IMG/VR virus record: IMGVR_UViG_3300009079_000013 | Source of the DNA: a virus | Length of the DNA stretch: 64,000 bases | Direction: 5' to 3' (one strand) | In this document: piece after piece, positions 61,272 to 64,000 of the stretch | Layout of the letters: the number at the start of each line of letters is the position of its first letter | How positions within the stretch are numbered: the stretch's first letter is position 1 | Position numbers and translations under genes: made by a program | The notes under the pieces: generated by a model | The model's input: only the letters and a program-made list of their open reading frames with translations | Told to the model about the DNA's origin: nothing | Databases searched by the model: none

Positions 61272-61574
61272 ATGACAATATACGTTGATATTGATGATAC
61301 TATATGTAGATTAAAAAAGCCTATGGAATATGACACAGCTTATCCTATTCCAGAAGCAGTTGAAAAAGTCAACGCCTTATATGAAAAAGGTCATACTATA
61401 ATATTTTGGACTGCTCGAGGAACTGTAACAGGTATTGATCACAAGATATTAACAATGTGTCAATTAAACGAATGGGGTGTAAAATTCCATGAATTAAAAA
61501 TGGGGAAACCTGCATATGATCTCTTTATAGATGATAAAAATATTAATTCTTATGATTGGTTAAATGAAAAATAA
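61272..61574 (+). CDS. Capless HAD phosphatase (capsule-biosynthesis type)
   Basis: DIDDT, WTARG, GKP and IDDK. Confidence 0.8.
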   Translation: MTIYVDIDDTICRLKKPMEYDTAYPIPEAVEKVNALYEKGHTIIFWTARGTVTGIDHKILTMCQLNEWGVKFHELKMGKPAYDLFIDDKNINSYDWLNEK

Positions 61575-62172
61575 AGTATTACTAATAGGAAATGATTCAA
61601 ATGTAAATAGCATTGATTTTTCAAAAATACAACCTAACATTATAAAAGTTGGAACAAACAGAGCATGGCTTAAATTAATACCTAATTATCTTTTTTTTCA
61701 TGATCCTAAAATATTCCTGGAATTAGATAATAATCAAGACAGGTTGTCTGAATTAAAAAAGCATACTCGCATTATTTCAAGCGACTGGCTGCAGACGGGT
61801 TGTAGTAAAATAAATATAAAACCTCCCGGATACACTACTATATACAGTCGTCCTAATAAAAAGAAATACGTAGACTGCGTAACTACCGCTATAGACATAT
61901 TAGATAGGCATATTTTAAATAAAAGAAATACTACATTCTATATAGCAGGTGTTAGTTTAATTTGGAAGAATCCTAGTCATTTTTGGAAAAAAAATCCAAT
62001 AGACGGTATTGGTAATTCCAATGACAAAAAATGGCATGAAAAAAGATTTAAGTTAACTTTAGAAAATTTTAAACATCTTAAAGATAGGGGATTTGATATT
62101 GTATCAAGTACTCCTTGTTCTAAAATAAATAGCTTATTTAGATATGAACATATAGAAAATCTATATAATTAA
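61564..62172 (+). CDS. Second DUF115/GT42-like putative transferase
   Basis: KVLLIGN..IDFSKI..VGTNR..YLFFHD..FYIAGV. Confidence 0.5.
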   Translation: MKNKVLLIGNDSNVNSIDFSKIQPNIIKVGTNRAWLKLIPNYLFFHDPKIFLELDNNQDRLSELKKHTRIISSDWLQTGCSKINIKPPGYTTIYSRPNKKKYVDCVTTAIDILDRHILNKRNTTFYIAGVSLIWKNPSHFWKKNPIDGIGNSNDKKWHEKRFKLTLENFKHLKDRGFDIVSSTPCSKINSLFRYEHIENLYN

Positions 62173-62939
62173 GGAGTTATCTTAGTAGATTTAGATAAAA
62201 AAGTTTGTTGCAGCTGTGTTATTGAAGCAACTGTTGCTCCAGGAGTTGGAGGCCATTTTGAATCTATTACGCCGGCTAAAGTAGTTAATGCAGTAGATAG
62301 GGAAGTTCCTAAAACAGCAGGTTGAGCTAGCGGTTTATTTGGACCAACAACCACGTTATTTCCATTTACATGTATGTCGTTAGAGTTAAGTTCTATTTTA
62401 CTAGTAGATGTAGCTATTATCTTACTATCAGCTGTTATGTTTATTTCAGTTCCTTTTAGTTCTATCACTGACTGTGTTTCAGCGTGTTCTATGGTAATTG
62501 TTTTATCTTGGCCAATATTTAACCTAGAACCCTTTAGTTGCATGGTTATACCTTTCTCTTTAGTAAACCAAAATTTCAATTCTTCATCTCCATCAAAAAG
62601 TAAAAAGTGAGAACCGTGATATTCTCCTTCTTTTTGAAGCTCTTCCTTAATATCATCTGCGAGCTCCTGTATTGCATAATATTCAGGTGAATATATATTT
62701 CCATTATCGAACCTAATCGCTACAACAGAGCCGTCCTTAGGTATAGATACCGATCCTGCTTTTCCATCTTTTCCAAAATACAGTGGTTTTTGTTTTGGAT
62801 ATGACCATGGTAAATCTTCTATAGGTATTGCTTCTCCATGTATTCCAAATACTCTAACTTTACATCTACCTTCAAAATTAGGGTCTCTTGAATCTTCAAC
62901 CGTTCCTAGAAATTGTTTATCTATTAAGTTACTTTCCAT
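62169..62939 (-). CDS. Baseplate spike/hub protein (gp5/Vgr OB-fold)
   Basis: GTVEDSRDP..GRCKVRVFG..LPW..IPK.GS.V, followed by beta-helix repeats. Confidence 0.82.
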   Translation of the reverse strand: MESNLIDKQFLGTVEDSRDPNFEGRCKVRVFGIHGEAIPIEDLPWSYPKQKPLYFGKDGKAGSVSIPKDGSVVAIRFDNGNIYSPEYYAIQELADDIKEELQKEGEYHGSHFLLFDGDEELKFWFTKEKGITMQLKGSRLNIGQDKTITIEHAETQSVIELKGTEINITADSKIIATSTSKIELNSNDIHVNGNNVVVGPNKPLAQPAVLGTSLSTALTTLAGVIDSKWPPTPGATVASITQLQQTFLSKSTKITP

Positions 62940-62960
62940 GTTTATATTTTACAATTTCTT

Positions 62961-64000
62961 TTAAAGAGGTTTTTTAGGAACTGCAGTATTTCTAGGCGCA
63001 GTTCTTCCTTCTTGCGATTCATAACCTACTACATTTGTTATTCCTAAATTACCTTGATCTACTAATTGGCTTAATTCACTTATACCTTGACTGATTAGTT
63101 TATTTGGAGTGTTTAAAACTGATGAAATTCCTTCAGATGCTTTTCCACCAATAGTGCTTGCTTTATTTCCAATTATAGGTAATCCTGTTAAAAATCCTCC
63201 TAATGAATCTAAATTTGCTCCAAGACCCGCTTTATCCCATGTGTTGCTTCCTCTTGTTTTAGCCGATGTTGCGTCATCATAAGTAGCACTTCCTGATGAG
63301 TAGTGGTTTTCTTCTTCCATCCATCCTATTTTTATCTTAAATTGATTTGCTTCCGGTTGCTTATTTCCGCCAATAGACATTGAAGGTCCTCCCGGAAATG
63401 AATCTGAAAAATCAAATTCACATTGTCTACATTTCATTTTAACATAACCAAAGTTATCTAATACATTTCCTAGGTTATTACCTGCTCCTAGTGCTCCCGC
63501 TAAATTAGGGCCTCCGATATTTATTCCGGCTCCTAGGTTAACTAAAGAAGGTAATACGTTTCTTAAGTTTCTAAATTCAGCTACCCATATATCCATTGAG
63601 AACCATCTTAGATTATCTGGAACTCGTTCTCTCATATATTGTTTATCATATACTGCATTTCTATATAAATCAGCTAATTCTGTCATTCTTAAATCAACTG
63701 CTTCTAGTGTTTTTACAGTTATTTCACCTCCTTTCATAGGTTCTGCCATATTAGTAGCTTTTTGCCAAAGTGCATTTAAACCTACCACTTCTTGAAAATA
63801 CCATGGAGTATCGTCCCTTAAATACTTTAATAATTTAGAAAAAATAGATAGTTGATTAGCTTTGTCAGTATGACCTCTCTGTATCAAATAATTTATTGCG
63901 CTTTGACTTTTACCCTCAGCAACATTGAATAGTGGACTTATCGCTAAAAAGTCATCGTTTCTATACATATCATCAAAGGTAAAGTCTAAAGAAAAAGTTA
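62961..64000 (-). CDS. Putative baseplate/tube-fold structural protein, 5'-partial
   Basis: The frame stays open to the window end (TFSLDFTFDDMYR). PWYFQ..GL, LEAVDLR and PDNLRWF. Adjacent to the gp5-like gene. Confidence 0.55.
   Translation of the reverse strand, partial: TFSLDFTFDDMYRNDDFLAISPLFNVAEGKSQSAINYLIQRGHTDKANQLSIFSKLLKYLRDDTPWYFQEVVGLNALWQKATNMAEPMKGGEITVKTLEAVDLRMTELADLYRNAVYDKQYMRERVPDNLRWFSMDIWVAEFRNLRNVLPSLVNLGAGINIGGPNLAGALGAGNNLGNVLDNFGYVKMKCRQCEFDFSDSFPGGPSMSIGGNKQPEANQFKIKIGWMEEENHYSSGSATYDDATSAKTRGSNTWDKAGLGANLDSLGGFLTGLPIIGNKASTIGGKASEGISSVLNTPNKLISQGISELSQLVDQGNLGITNVVGYESQEGRTAPRNTAVPKKPL

Overview
This 64 kb window is a fragment of an AT-rich, T4-related jumbo myophage genome using the standard genetic code. 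The host is probably a Bacteroidota bacterium, inferred from a Bacteroidota-type bS1 N-terminus, an Hc1-like protein, a DUF6576-like tail and the general lack of Shine-Dalgarno sites. The + strand carries replication, recombination and nucleotide-metabolism genes: an N-terminal half DNA PolB, gp32, RNase H, UvsX, gp41, gp46/47, topoisomerase II, NrdAB, GuaC, a dCTPase/dUTPase, a dCMP-type thymidylate-synthase-family enzyme, dCMP deaminase and UvsE. It also carries host-like proteostasis and translation genes (GroEL, GroES, ClpP, bS1-like, L7/L12-like) and a roughly 12 kb glycan / nonulosonic-acid cluster. Structural genes (sheath, tube, major capsid, protease-scaffold, gp5-like) and DnaJ are scattered on the - strand. 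Two recurring promoter motifs are visible: AAAC-N17/18-TATAAT before early/middle genes and ATAAATA before late genes. The most unusual items are: (1) a late-type operon encoding a DOT1-like methyltransferase, a tandem SET protein and an ATP-grasp ligase, in a genome that also encodes a histone-H1-like Hc1; (2) a stand-alone, highly structured ncRNA of about 420 nt; (3) a NeuB/NeuA/HAD/GT42-Maf-like sialic-acid-type glycosylation pathway; (4) a probable cytosine-modification enzyme; (5) a split DNA polymerase. All assignments come from recognising motifs by eye; no searches were run.
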